Source: Candidatus Multivoradales bacterium
GTDB lineage: Bacteria; Acidobacteriota; Thermoanaerobaculia; Multivoradales; Multivoraceae
Assembly: GCA_965223325.1 (NCBI GenBank)
Contig: CBDCWI010000002.1
Location: 1,056,001-1,120,000 of the forward strand
Reading direction: 5' to 3'
Length of the DNA stretch: 64,000 bases
Made by a program: the position numbers and the translations under genes. The notes beneath the pieces are model-generated. The model did not search any database. It saw only the letters and a list, made by a program, of their open reading frames with translations, and was not told where the DNA came from. This document shows, in pieces, positions 39,441 to 49,467 of this stretch. Every line of letters begins with the position of its first letter. The first letter of the stretch is position 1.

Positions 39441-40460
39441 TTACTCGAGATCTTCGACGATAGGCTTGAGTCTGGCGACACGACGGCATCGTGAGCCGGT
39501 TTCTCCCTGGTCTTGGGACGACTCGAGGGGTGTGCAGTAGTAGCTGGAGAAGTACGAGTGAATGAGTCCTCGCTCGAGAAGGAACGTCTCGAGATCGAGT
39601 GCGTCTTGAATGAGCTTGTGCACCCGCGAATCCTCGTGGCTGTGCTTCTTGAGACTGGCCACGAGCGGCACAACTACGTTTCCACCGTGGGGCCAGTACC
39701 GATCAACCGAGAACCAGCGCTCCAAGAGCGTTTCGATCTCTGACGAACGAATCATCTCGGTCGGGTCTTCGATCGCCAGCGGCGGCAGGACGCGCGGGAC
39801 ACGGTAGTACTCCTTCGGTGCCCGATCGTAGAGCTGTTGAGCCCAGCCGAGGTCCGCCTTTGTCCACTCTTCTCTCGAGGGCCCGACGTACTCAAAAGCG
39901 TAGAGGAATCCGTCGGGCCTGAGCGCGCGTCGGGCTAGTTCCAGAAAGGACTCGAGCTCACCGAGGTGGTGTAAGACGCCATGACAGAGGATGCCATCCA
40001 GCGGCGGATCTTCTCGGCGCACGCGGTCCTCGAGGTACGACACTGCATCGATCTCTTCGTAGGTAATCGTATTGTGACCGGCTGCCGCGGCCCGGTATCG
40101 AGCCTTTTCGAGGCATGCGGCACTCACGTCGATACCGTGAATCTCGCACGCGGGAAGCCGCTGGGCCGTCTTGCGCTCGAGGTCTCCAGCGCCACAGCCG
40201 ACCGAGAGCACCCGCAAAGGTGGCTCGCGCCACTCCTCCAGTAGGTCGTAGAAGATGTCGATGTAGTCGGAGCAGGAACCCGGCAGCATCCGCGCGTTGA
40301 AGGTTGCACGCACAATGGGGATCTCTAGCCAGTAGTTCGGCTCATCAGAAGAGGGAGAGCCTGTCGACCAGCGATCCCAGTAGGCACCGCTTCGAGCTGC
40401 CTGGGCGGCCGCCTCAGACCTTCGGCGACGCCACCTCCATGTTCGAAGTCGCTCTCTCAT
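39441..40460 (-). CDS. Class I SAM-dependent methyltransferase
   Basis: VLSVGCGAG, GIDVS, VLHHL, EYVGP. Confidence 0.85.
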   Translation of the reverse strand: MRERLRTWRWRRRRSEAAAQAARSGAYWDRWSTGSPSSDEPNYWLEIPIVRATFNARMLPGSCSDYIDIFYDLLEEWREPPLRVLSVGCGAGDLERKTAQRLPACEIHGIDVSAACLEKARYRAAAAGHNTITYEEIDAVSYLEDRVRREDPPLDGILCHGVLHHLGELESFLELARRALRPDGFLYAFEYVGPSREEWTKADLGWAQQLYDRAPKEYYRVPRVLPPLAIEDPTEMIRSSEIETLLERWFSVDRYWPHGGNVVVPLVASLKKHSHEDSRVHKLIQDALDLETFLLERGLIHSYFSSYYCTPLESSQDQGETGSRCRRVARLKPIVEDLE

Positions 40461-40760
40461 ACCTTCTTGACCCGTGGGCGCCTCGCCCACCTTCGCACAA
40501 GTGCTCCCTGCACCGGAACAACCAAGTGTAGTGAATCGCTCCGGTTTTCTCGGAGGCCGCAAACCTTGGAAGGGCGGAATCTTACTCCCGACCCTGCACG
40601 GCATCGCCGCGCGATATGTGTCCCCACCGATGCGAGCGGTTGGTGTCTCGCGTCAACCAGATTGGCCGGTGGCACGACAACCTGTCTGGCCGGTCGTCGC
40701 GGCTTGCCAATGCTGGCGTAGCGGTCGAGAGATACCGATCCTCAGATGGTCGGTGCTGGT

Positions 40761-41099
40761 GAACCCCCATCAGTATCGCTCAACGAACCCAGCTGCGCCT
40801 CTCGAGCGATCGAAGTCCGACCGAGTACGCGCCTCACGCCCTTAGGGCCCCCAACCAACAGAAACTTCCACTCAAGCCCAGGAATCCGCGGCGCGCGACC
40901 AGCGATCGAAGTCCGAGGACGCCAAAGCAGGGCGAGCGCCTCCGAAAACGGCACCCACCGCGGACCGCTTGCGCCGCAAGAGTGACACTAGAGCGGCGCG
41001 TGGTAACGACAAACCGGCGCCAAAAGGTCGAACCTCCATCAGTATCGCTCTCCAAACCACCTGCACCCACAAAAGGCCGTAAACCACGCGCCGCTCTAG
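40761..41099. repeat. Third locus (~1.3 units) of the same ~250-bp repeat family
   Basis: GAATCCGCGGCGCGCGA, CGGACCGCTTGCGCCGCAA, CTAGAGCGGCGCGTGG (40988) and its reverse complement ending at 41099; CCATCAGTATCGCTC repeated 269 bp apart. Confidence 0.85.
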
Positions 41100-41186
41100 T
41101 ACGCTTCTGCCCTCCATGCGTATGCTGACTTCCCTGGCCTGGGACCACTCGAGCGAGCGGTCACCACGCGGCATCAGGACCGCCCG

Positions 41187-42785
41187 ATGAGGTTTGCCGA
41201 TCTGGTTGCGACCTCTGAGGAGGTGGCGGCGCGTGGCGCTCGTCTGGCCAAGGTCCAAGCCCTCACCGAGCTGCTCAATAGCCTTCCTGACAGCGGGCTC
41301 GAACTCAAAGGCATCGAGGCTGTGGTGACGATGCTCGCTGGCGAGCTACCGTTCGGCAAGATCGGCGTTGGCTGGAAGACGGCTCAGAAGGCCCTGCCAG
41401 AAGCCGCGGCGCAACAGGCGAGCTTGACCTTGGACGAGGTGCTCGAGGCCTTCCAGGCAATCGCCGCCACCTCGGGTAGAGGCTCGCAGGCGAAGCGGCT
41501 TGAGCTTTTGGTCGAGCTGTTTGAGCGCGCCACGAAAGCCGAGCAGAGCTTCTTGGCTCGGCTCTTGATTGGGGAGCTCCGCCAGGGCGCCCTTGATGGC
41601 GTGATGCTGGAGGCCTTGGCCGGAACATCGGGCGTTGCGCTGGCCGATCTGCGTCGAGCCGCGATGCTGGCAGGCGATACCGCAACCGTTGCCCGCGCCC
41701 TCCTGGTGCGCGGCGCTTCGGCGCTTGCTGAGTTTCGCCTACAGATCTTTCGCCCGGTACGACCCATGCTCGCCCAGCCCGCCGAAGAGGTCGCCGACGC
41801 CCTCTCCCGGCTCGGCCAGAAGCCCGTCGCCGTCGAGCTGAAAGTCGACGGTGCGAGGGTTCAGATACATCGCAAGGGCTCTGAGGTGCGCATCTACTCG
41901 CGCGCTCTACGTGAAGTCACCGAGGCGCTACCCGAGGTAGAAGCAAGCGCGCTCGCGCTGCCGGCCGAGGAGCTGATTCTCGATGGCGAAGCCTATGCGG
42001 TGACGCCCAACGGACATGTGCAGCCGTTTCAGACCACCATGCGGCGCTTCGGCCGTAAGCAGGACGCCTCGGAAGTGCGTGCCCGCCTACCGGTCGAGGT
42101 TCTGTTCTTCGATGGCCTGATGATCGACGGCGAGGAGCTGATCGATCAACCGGCGCGCGCTCGCTTCGCCCGACTCGAGGCCCTCCTACCTCGTGAGCTC
42201 CGCATGCCGCGTCTTCTCGATGCGGGCGAGCAAGCGGCGGCCGACTTTCTGCACCAGGCAACCGCCGACGGTCACGAAGGGATCATGATCAAGGACCTCT
42301 CATCGACCTATCAGGCCGGCGCGCGCGGGACCTCCTGGATCAAGGTCAAACCCGTCCACACGCTCGACCTCGTCGTCCTGGCGGCCGAATGGGGCAGCGG
42401 ACGGCGACGCGGCAAGCTGTCGAACCTCCACCTCGGCGCCCGCGACACCGAGAGAGAAGGCTTCGCCATGCTCGGCAAGACCTTCAAGGGTCTTACGGAT
42501 GCGCTGCTCGCCTGGCAGACCGAGCGCCTGCTGGTTCTCGAGACCCATCGCGAGGGGCACGTGGTTTTCGTTCGCCCCGAGCTGGTGGTCGAGATTGCCT
42601 TCAACGACGTGCAGAGAAGCCCCACCTACCCTTCGGGATTGGCACTGCGCTTCGCACGCGTCAAGCGCTACCGCGAGGACAAACGCGCTGCCGACGCCGA
42701 TACTCTGGCGCGCGTGCGCGAGATCCACCACGCTGGCCTTCCCACCACGGCTGCTTCGGCTAGCGGCCAGAAGACCAACGCATGA
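41187..42785 (+). CDS. ATP-dependent DNA ligase
   Basis: PMLA, ELKVDGARVQIH (adenylated Lys), LDGE, EGIMIK, WIKVK, LRFAR. Confidence 0.95.
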   Translation: MRFADLVATSEEVAARGARLAKVQALTELLNSLPDSGLELKGIEAVVTMLAGELPFGKIGVGWKTAQKALPEAAAQQASLTLDEVLEAFQAIAATSGRGSQAKRLELLVELFERATKAEQSFLARLLIGELRQGALDGVMLEALAGTSGVALADLRRAAMLAGDTATVARALLVRGASALAEFRLQIFRPVRPMLAQPAEEVADALSRLGQKPVAVELKVDGARVQIHRKGSEVRIYSRALREVTEALPEVEASALALPAEELILDGEAYAVTPNGHVQPFQTTMRRFGRKQDASEVRARLPVEVLFFDGLMIDGEELIDQPARARFARLEALLPRELRMPRLLDAGEQAAADFLHQATADGHEGIMIKDLSSTYQAGARGTSWIKVKPVHTLDLVVLAAEWGSGRRRGKLSNLHLGARDTEREGFAMLGKTFKGLTDALLAWQTERLLVLETHREGHVVFVRPELVVEIAFNDVQRSPTYPSGLALRFARVKRYREDKRAADADTLARVREIHHAGLPTTAASASGQKTNA

Positions 42786-43861
42786 GACTGTCGACCACCG
42801 ACCAGGGACCGATGGGACTGGTTCGGCGCTATGTGCGCCGTTCGTTGACCGTGCCGGGCTGGATTCTCGCCTTCCTCGCCTGCCTGGTCCTGGCGCCGTT
42901 CGTGCTGCCTATCCTGGCGATCATCGACATCGCGAGGAAGAGTGACTTCGTTCTCGTCCGCATGGCCACCTGGGGTATCTGCTACTTCGCCTTCGAGGTC
43001 TATGCGCTCATCGTGGCGCTCCTTCAGTGGCTCGGGTCGGGCTTCGGGTTGAACCAGAGACTGCTCGGCAACTGGAGTTTCGCGATACAGCTCTCGTGGA
43101 TCAACGCACTGGCGGCGATCGCATTTCGCCTGTTCGGAGTCAGGATCTCGGTCGAGGGCCTCGAGCGGGTCGAAGCCCTCGCCGGGCGACCGATTCTTCT
43201 GCTTCTTCGCCACGCCTCGATGGCTGATGTCGCCCTGGCGATCATGACCCTGCAACGACCGACGCGCTATCGCCTGCGCTATGTGCTCAAAGAGGAGCTG
43301 CTCTGGGACCCGTCGATGGACATCGTCGGCAACCGGCTACTCAACTGGTTCGTCCGAAGAAAAGGCAAGAACCGCGACCAGGAGATCGAGCGAGTGGCCG
43401 ATCTCGCGAACGGCCTGGGGCCCTACGAGGGCGTTCTCCTCTACCCGGAAGGCACACGATTCACTCCCACCAGGCAAGCGCGCGCCCTCGCCAGCATCGA
43501 AAAACACGGCAACCTCGAAAGACTCGAGCGTGCAAGACAGTACGTTCACGTTCTGCCACCCCGCCCCGGCGGCACGATCTCGGTCATCGAGAGAATCCGG
43601 GAGCAGGGAACCCCGGCGACCGTCGTCATCGGCGCGCACACCGGTTTTGAAGGGGCGGCGCGCCTCAAGGAGATTCTCGGCGGTGATTTGCACTACCGAG
43701 ACGTCTTGTTGCGCTACTGGACGGTTCCCCTCGAAGATCTTCCCGAGTCGACCGAGGGGCTCGAGCACTGGCTGTTCGACCAGTGGAGCGAAGTCGACCG
43801 GTTTGTCGACCAGCACGAGCCCGCGACCCGTGTGCGCGCGCAGCGACGCCGCAGTCGCTAG
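42782..43861 (+). CDS. Lysophospholipid (PlsC-family) acyltransferase
   Basis: RHASMAD (HX4D), KEEL, FVRR, YPEGTR. Confidence 0.88.
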   Translation: MRLSTTDQGPMGLVRRYVRRSLTVPGWILAFLACLVLAPFVLPILAIIDIARKSDFVLVRMATWGICYFAFEVYALIVALLQWLGSGFGLNQRLLGNWSFAIQLSWINALAAIAFRLFGVRISVEGLERVEALAGRPILLLLRHASMADVALAIMTLQRPTRYRLRYVLKEELLWDPSMDIVGNRLLNWFVRRKGKNRDQEIERVADLANGLGPYEGVLLYPEGTRFTPTRQARALASIEKHGNLERLERARQYVHVLPPRPGGTISVIERIREQGTPATVVIGAHTGFEGAARLKEILGGDLHYRDVLLRYWTVPLEDLPESTEGLEHWLFDQWSEVDRFVDQHEPATRVRAQRRRSR

Positions 43862-43888
43862 TCGCCATTCTAGAGGTCGACACAGGTC

Positions 43889-44695
43889 ATGAGTAGCGCC
43901 CTACTGGGAACCGCCCTCGCCACCGCCGTCGCCATGGTCAGCCTCTGGGCCTTTACCGTCTGGCGTCGCGACGCCAGTCTCGTTGACCGCTACTGGGGGG
44001 CCGGGTTCGTGGTGATCGCGGCCGCGGCCTACCTGTTGGCTTCGGGCTATCCCACGCGCAAGCTGTTCGTGCTCTCCATGGTGGCACTCTGGGGCCTCCG
44101 GCTTGCGGCCTATCTTTCGTATCGCAACTGGGGCGGCGGCGAAGACCCGCGCTACCGGAAGATGCGGGCCAACTGGGGGACCCGTTTCTGGTGGGTCTCG
44201 CTGTTTACGGTCTTCCTGCTGCAGGGAGTCCTGATGTGGATCGTGTCGCTCCCCGTGCAGGTGGCGATGTCGCAGCCGCGGCCCTCGATGCTCACCTGGA
44301 TCGACGCGCTGGGCGTCGTGGTCTTCTCGATCGGCCTCTTTTTCGAAGTGGTCGGCGACTGGCAACTGCACCGATTCATCAGCAACCGCGAGAGCCCGAA
44401 TGAGCTGCTCGACACCGGGCTATGGCGCTACACGCGACACCCCAACTACTTCGGCGATGCGACCGTGTGGTGGGGTCTCTGGCTCGTGAGTGCTCAGACC
44501 ATGGCCGGTCTGGCGACCATCTTCGCGCCACTCCTGATGACGTTCCTGCTCCTGCGAGTCTCAGGGGTCGCCATGACCGAGAAGCGGCTCGTGAACAACA
44601 AACGCGGCTACGAGGCTTACCGAGAGAGAACCAGCGCCTTCCTTCCACTTCCTCCCAAGCCACTCCCCAGAGATCACGTGCGCGATCGGAGGTGA
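43889..44695 (+). CDS. DUF1295 (steroid 5-alpha-reductase-like) membrane protein
   Basis: WGLRLA, EDPRY, DWQL, GLWRYTRHPNYFG, YRERTSAFLP. Confidence 0.92.
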   Translation: MSSALLGTALATAVAMVSLWAFTVWRRDASLVDRYWGAGFVVIAAAAYLLASGYPTRKLFVLSMVALWGLRLAAYLSYRNWGGGEDPRYRKMRANWGTRFWWVSLFTVFLLQGVLMWIVSLPVQVAMSQPRPSMLTWIDALGVVVFSIGLFFEVVGDWQLHRFISNRESPNELLDTGLWRYTRHPNYFGDATVWWGLWLVSAQTMAGLATIFAPLLMTFLLLRVSGVAMTEKRLVNNKRGYEAYRERTSAFLPLPPKPLPRDHVRDRR

Positions 44696-44825
44696 GGTGA
44701 GGTGAGGTGAGGCGAAGCAAGAAACACGTTTCCTCAGACCGTTGCTAGACTCGGTGCCACGAAACGCGAGCTACGCTTGGTCCCTGCCGAGGTCCTCGCG
44801 ACGCCCACCGCAGGTCTCCAATGCA

Positions 44826-45968
44826 ATGAAGGAAGATGCCCAGAAACGAATGCTGCGCGAGTCGCTCCGACGGCTCATCGACGAGGAGATCAATCCGCAC
44901 GTCGATGCCTGGGAGGCCGAAGGCATGTTCCCCGCCCACGAGGTGTTCGGCAAGCTCGGCGAGGCCGGCTATCTGGGGCTCCAGAAGCCCGAGGAGTACG
45001 GCGGCCTCGGCCTTTCCTACGACTACGCCGTGATGATGGCCGAGCAGCTCGGCTGGATCGATTGCGGTGGCATCCCGATGGCGATCGGCGTACAAACCGA
45101 CATGGCAACCCCGGCCCTCGCCCGCTTCGGCTCTGACGCTCTGCGTGAGCAGTACCTGCGCCCGGTAATCGAGGGCACGCAGGTAGCGTGCATTGGGGTC
45201 AGTGAGCCGCACGCCGGTTCAGACGTCGCCAACATCAAAACCACTGCAAAACGCGACGGCGACGACTACGTCATCAGCGGCACCAAGATGTGGATCACCA
45301 ACGGCATGCAGGCCGACTGGATGTGCTGCCTTGCCAGCACCGGTGGTGACGACAAGCATCGCGACAAGTCACTCATCATCGTGCCCCTCGACGCCAAGGG
45401 CGTCGAACGGGCCCGCAAGCTCGACAAGCTGGGCATGCGCTCCTCCGACACCGCCCAGATTTTTCTCGACGGCGTCCGCGTGCCGCAAACCAATCGCATT
45501 GGCGAGGAGGGCATGGGCTTCTCCTACCAGATGCAGCAGTTTCAGGAGGAACGCCTCTGGGCTGCTGCTCAGGTGCTGATACGCCTCGAGCGCACGCTTC
45601 GCGAAACCGCCGACTACACCGAGGGGCGGGAAGCGTTCGGGAAACCGCTCCTGGCCAACCAGGTCATTCACTTCCGTCTCGCAGAGCTGCAAACCGAAAT
45701 CGAGGCCCTAAGAGCGCTGGTCTATCGCGCCACCGATCAACTCGTCGCCGGCGAAGAGGTGACCTATCTGGCCTCGATGGCGAAACTCAAGGCCGGTCGT
45801 CTCGCGCGTGAAGTCGTCGACAGCTGCCTGCAGTACTGGGGCGGTCAGGGATACATGTGGGAGTCGCGCATCGCGCGCGAGTTCCGCGACATGCGCCTGT
45901 GGTCGATTGGCGGCGGTGCCGACGAAATCATGCTGCGCATCATCGCCAAATACATGTCCCTGGTCTAG
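44826..45968 (+). CDS. Acyl-CoA dehydrogenase (AtuD/citronellyl-CoA-like)
   Basis: AIGVQTDMATPAL, VSEPHAGSD, GTKMWITNG, FQEERL, CLQYWGG, IGGGADEIM. Confidence 0.92.
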   Translation: MKEDAQKRMLRESLRRLIDEEINPHVDAWEAEGMFPAHEVFGKLGEAGYLGLQKPEEYGGLGLSYDYAVMMAEQLGWIDCGGIPMAIGVQTDMATPALARFGSDALREQYLRPVIEGTQVACIGVSEPHAGSDVANIKTTAKRDGDDYVISGTKMWITNGMQADWMCCLASTGGDDKHRDKSLIIVPLDAKGVERARKLDKLGMRSSDTAQIFLDGVRVPQTNRIGEEGMGFSYQMQQFQEERLWAAAQVLIRLERTLRETADYTEGREAFGKPLLANQVIHFRLAELQTEIEALRALVYRATDQLVAGEEVTYLASMAKLKAGRLAREVVDSCLQYWGGQGYMWESRIAREFRDMRLWSIGGGADEIMLRIIAKYMSLV

Positions 45969-45997
45969 GCCACTCGTTTACCCGGCAGCCCGTCTGA

Positions 45998-46894
45998 ATG
46001 TCCGCGTCTTCCAAGCCCCCGCCCGAGGGCTTCGTTCGGCAGTCGCTGGTGAGCTGGCTCGAGGCCTGCCCCGCCTGCAGTGAAACCCGCCTGTTTCACT
46101 ACTGTCGCGTACCGTCGAAATTCAACGACGGCGAGTTCATCCACTACGAACGTTGCGGTGGGTGCTCGGTGGTCATGCGCAACCCGCGCATGCCAGACGT
46201 CGCCCGTCTCGATGCCTACGAAGAAGATGAGCTCAAGCCGCAGCAGACCGTCGTAACCGAGAAGAACCGGCGGCACTATCGGGTTATGTTGAAGCGCTTG
46301 GCGCGGCTCCCCGGTTGCCACCACGAGCGTGGCGACGAGAGACGGCTCTTCGACTTCGGCTGCGGGGCTGGTGGATTGCTCACCGAAGCGAGCGCTGCGG
46401 GCTGGAAGGTGATGGGCCTCGAGCTCAGCCGCCCCCTGGCCGAGTTCGTCGAGAAGACGCACGGCATTGAAGTCTTCCAGGGTCTGGCGACAGATCCGGC
46501 TCTCGCTTCCGAGCGCTTCGACGCGGTGGTCTCGACCCAGGTGTTCGAGCACCTCACCGACCCGCGTCAGACGTTGCGGGCTCTGGGCCGGATCCTGCGA
46601 CCCGGCGGCCTGATGTTGATCGAGGTTCCCAACCTCGACCATCTTCGCGAACGCCTACGCCGCGGGGCCACCATGGACGACTCGCACATCTTCTGCTGGA
46701 GCTCGAAGAGCCTGCCGGCGCTCCTCGAGCGCGAAGGCTTCGAAGTCATTCGCACCGAGGAAGGCATTCGCACCTTCCACTTCGCTGCCCTTCGAGCTCT
46801 TCCAGACGGCGTCCACCGCGTTCTCGAGCGCCTCCTGGCACTCGTAGGCCTGCGCAGCGGCCTGACGGTCATGGCGCGCAAGTCAGCCCGGTAG
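45998..46894 (+). CDS. Class I SAM-dependent methyltransferase with N-terminal CxxC pairs
   Basis: CPAC...CGGC; FDFGCGAG; VFEHL.DP; IEVPN. Confidence 0.88.
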   Translation: MSASSKPPPEGFVRQSLVSWLEACPACSETRLFHYCRVPSKFNDGEFIHYERCGGCSVVMRNPRMPDVARLDAYEEDELKPQQTVVTEKNRRHYRVMLKRLARLPGCHHERGDERRLFDFGCGAGGLLTEASAAGWKVMGLELSRPLAEFVEKTHGIEVFQGLATDPALASERFDAVVSTQVFEHLTDPRQTLRALGRILRPGGLMLIEVPNLDHLRERLRRGATMDDSHIFCWSSKSLPALLEREGFEVIRTEEGIRTFHFAALRALPDGVHRVLERLLALVGLRSGLTVMARKSAR

Positions 46895-46918
46895 AGCTCG
46901 CTGCCGAACAGCGTTTCG

Positions 46919-47368
46919 TCAACCGCTGGCGGCGGGTCCCAGATGTTCTCGGAGAAGCGCCAGCAGGTGTTCCCGGTCAGCCTCGGAGAGGCCGTTCAGG
47001 CCGAGATCGCGCTCTACCCCCTCACCGTCAAAGACAACCCGCTCGCCGGAGAGCCGCCAGGCTCCCAGGCCAGACCAGGGGACGCCATACATATCGGCGC
47101 TGCTGTAGCGGCGGAAGGCCACTGCCTTGTCGCTCCAGCGCACCAGCGGTTCGCGTTCGGCAAGGCGCATGGCACGCAACTGACCCGCGGCCGCGAACAT
47201 CATGACCAGCCCCACAAACCCGGCCAGGAACCCGAGCAGCGGGCGAGGCCCGAGGTTGCGCAGCATCAGGTAGCCCATCAGCGCCCAGTTGACGACCAGG
47301 AGCGCCACCATCCAGCGGCTCCGCCCCAGGAGTGCCCGATCGACCCAGAATTCATTGTCACCCTTCAC
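46919..47368 (-). CDS. Hypothetical membrane protein
   Basis: Two TM helices and a small beta-rich C-terminus; fills the gap between flanking genes. Confidence 0.6.
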   Translation of the reverse strand: MKGDNEFWVDRALLGRSRWMVALLVVNWALMGYLMLRNLGPRPLLGFLAGFVGLVMMFAAAGQLRAMRLAEREPLVRWSDKAVAFRRYSSADMYGVPWSGLGAWRLSGERVVFDGEGVERDLGLNGLSEADREHLLALLREHLGPAASG

Positions 47369-47475
47369 TCGAGCTCTCCCATCGAACGATCGACCTCGTT
47401 CTCCTCGACCCTGCCATCAGCGAGGAGAACGGAGGCCTTGCCAGCGTAGCGCAGAGCTCCTGCGGGTGACTGAAA

Positions 47476-47865
47476 TCAGCCGATCCCGTATTGGAATTCT
47501 TCCTGGACGATCTTGCCGTCCTTGACGGTGTAGAGCGCCACCTCGGACATTTTCATCCGCTGGCCGCTCGGCTTGTTGGTGACATCGAGGTCGAAGAGCA
47601 CCGAGAACTGCTCAGGGTTGTGGCCGAGGAACGGCCCAGTAGCCTTCATCTCATGGATCTCGTGGTTGTCGTACCACCACTGGTTCTTTCCCTTGATGGC
47701 TTCGATCCCTTCCATCCGCGCCGGCATCTCGTCGCTCCCCTGCGCTTCGATACTGACGATGTTGTCGCCATACAGAGTGTTGACGGCTTCGGTGCCCTTG
47801 CCGTCGTTGCACAGCGAGACCAGGCGAGTGGCGATTTCAGCGGCGGGGTGTTGGTTTTCGGTCAT
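47476..47865 (-). CDS. SnoaL/NTF2-like protein
   Basis: EIATRLVSLC, LYGDNIVSIEA, GIEAIKGK.QWW, EVALYTVKDGKIVQEEF; AAGGAG RBS. Confidence 0.85.
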   Translation of the reverse strand: MTENQHPAAEIATRLVSLCNDGKGTEAVNTLYGDNIVSIEAQGSDEMPARMEGIEAIKGKNQWWYDNHEIHEMKATGPFLGHNPEQFSVLFDLDVTNKPSGQRMKMSEVALYTVKDGKIVQEEFQYGIG

Positions 47866-48242
47866 GGTCTTTCTCTCCTTGGTTCGTAGGTATGCGGCGG
47901 CGAGCGAAGCCCACCGTCTCGGGGCCCTTTCGTACGTCTCACGAGGAACAGGGAAGTGAAGATACGCCAGCCAGCTCAGCCAATCGATTCGGAAAAGCGC
48001 CATGGAGAGCCGGCGTCTCCGTTGGTTCTTCGAGAAGCTCGTTCTTCGAGAAGCGTAAATGAGACGGTAACACAGGAGGTCGCTTCGCGGCAAGACGGCT
48101 GGGACGGATTTCCGGTGCCCCCGACCTTGGCGTCCCGGAGGCTTGGCCATTCCTTGCCACCAGGCTCATTCGCCGTGAGAATTGGCGGGCAGCCGCCACA
48201 TCGCGCCCAGGCGCGCCACACGACCTCAACAGAGACCGCGCC

Positions 48243-48986
48243 ATGGAACCGCAGGATCCCCACCAGCCACCGACCCCGCCGGCGCCGCCGAACCCGATCG
48301 ACCCCTACCGTCCACCAGAGGCGGCCCTCGAAGGGGCGGTTTCCCAGCTGGGCGACGTAGCTCTCCTCCCCTGGGAAGAGCGCAGTCGCCTCGGCTGGTG
48401 GCCCGGCCTTTTCGAGACCATCAAGCTCCTACTTCGTGCGCCGACCGAAGCGTTCGCCCGCGCGCGGCGTACCGGTGACCTGGCGAGTCCGATCACCTTT
48501 GCCTTCATCCTCGGTGCCTTCGGCCAGATCCTGTCGACGATCTATCAGAACGCCCTACCGCTCTCGGTCGCCAGCCTGCTGGGCCAACCGACCACCTTCG
48601 ATCAGCTGGGCGTTCTCGGCGTCGTGATCACGCTGGTGATCACGCTCGTGATGATTCCCGTCGGGCTCTTTGTCCTAGCGGGGATCTACCACCTGATGCT
48701 GATGCTCGTTGGTGGACTACGCGATTCCACGACCGGCTTCGAGGGCAGTGTGCGCGTCGTCTGCTATTCGTACGCTCCGATGTGCCTGATGATCATCCCG
48801 TTGGTTGGCATCGCAGTCGCGAGCGTGTGGTCGCTGGTGCTCTACATCGTCGGCTTCTCCGAGGTTCACCAAACGACAATTGGCAAGTCCGTGATCGCGG
48901 TGCTTCTGCCCATCGTCTTCTGCTGCGGCCTGATGGTCCTCGGCGTCCTCGCCATCGGTGGCCTGGCGGCGTTCAGCGGCTCCTGA
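48243..48986 (+). CDS. YIP1 family membrane protein
   Basis: LPWE, LLRAPTEAF, GFEGSVRVVCYS, VHQTTIGKS...VLLP; about 5 TMs. Confidence 0.82.
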   Translation: MEPQDPHQPPTPPAPPNPIDPYRPPEAALEGAVSQLGDVALLPWEERSRLGWWPGLFETIKLLLRAPTEAFARARRTGDLASPITFAFILGAFGQILSTIYQNALPLSVASLLGQPTTFDQLGVLGVVITLVITLVMIPVGLFVLAGIYHLMLMLVGGLRDSTTGFEGSVRVVCYSYAPMCLMIIPLVGIAVASVWSLVLYIVGFSEVHQTTIGKSVIAVLLPIVFCCGLMVLGVLAIGGLAAFSGS

Positions 48987-48989
48987 GGC

Positions 48990-49433
48990 TTGTCGGTGCA
49001 ACTTCTGAGTTCAACCCCAGAGCGAGAACGAGTCCCTGGCCCGGCGCAGCAGCTCGGGCTCTACTGGGGCACGGCGGCACTTGTTCTGCTCGCTCTTTCG
49101 CCCTGGGCGAGCTTCATTGCTGCGCGGGTTCCGGCATGCCTTTGGAAGAGCGCAACCGGCATCCCCTGCCCGGCCTGCGGCACGACCCGCGCCGCTCTCC
49201 ACCTGGCGCACTTCGAGATTGCCGAGGCGTTCTCGGCCTACCCACTGGCGTCTCTCGGTTGGACGCTCCTGATCGCCGGTGGACTCGTCGCTGGTATCGG
49301 CGCGCTAGCAGGCTACGGAGTTCCGAGTCTCCGCCGTCTTCTTCGTCGACCGGGCTCAGCCGGAACACTCAGAGTCGCCATCGGGCTGGCGTTACTGGCG
49401 AACTGGGCGTGGCTGATCGTAAGCGGCGCGTAG
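48990..49433 (+). CDS. DUF2752 family membrane protein
   Basis: CLWKSATGIPCPACGTTRA...AFSAYPL...ANW. Confidence 0.85.
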   Translation: MSVQLLSSTPERERVPGPAQQLGLYWGTAALVLLALSPWASFIAARVPACLWKSATGIPCPACGTTRAALHLAHFEIAEAFSAYPLASLGWTLLIAGGLVAGIGALAGYGVPSLRRLLRRPGSAGTLRVAIGLALLANWAWLIVSGA

Positions 49434-49467
49434 TATCCCGCCGCGCTGCCACCGGGGAAGTGCCGGT

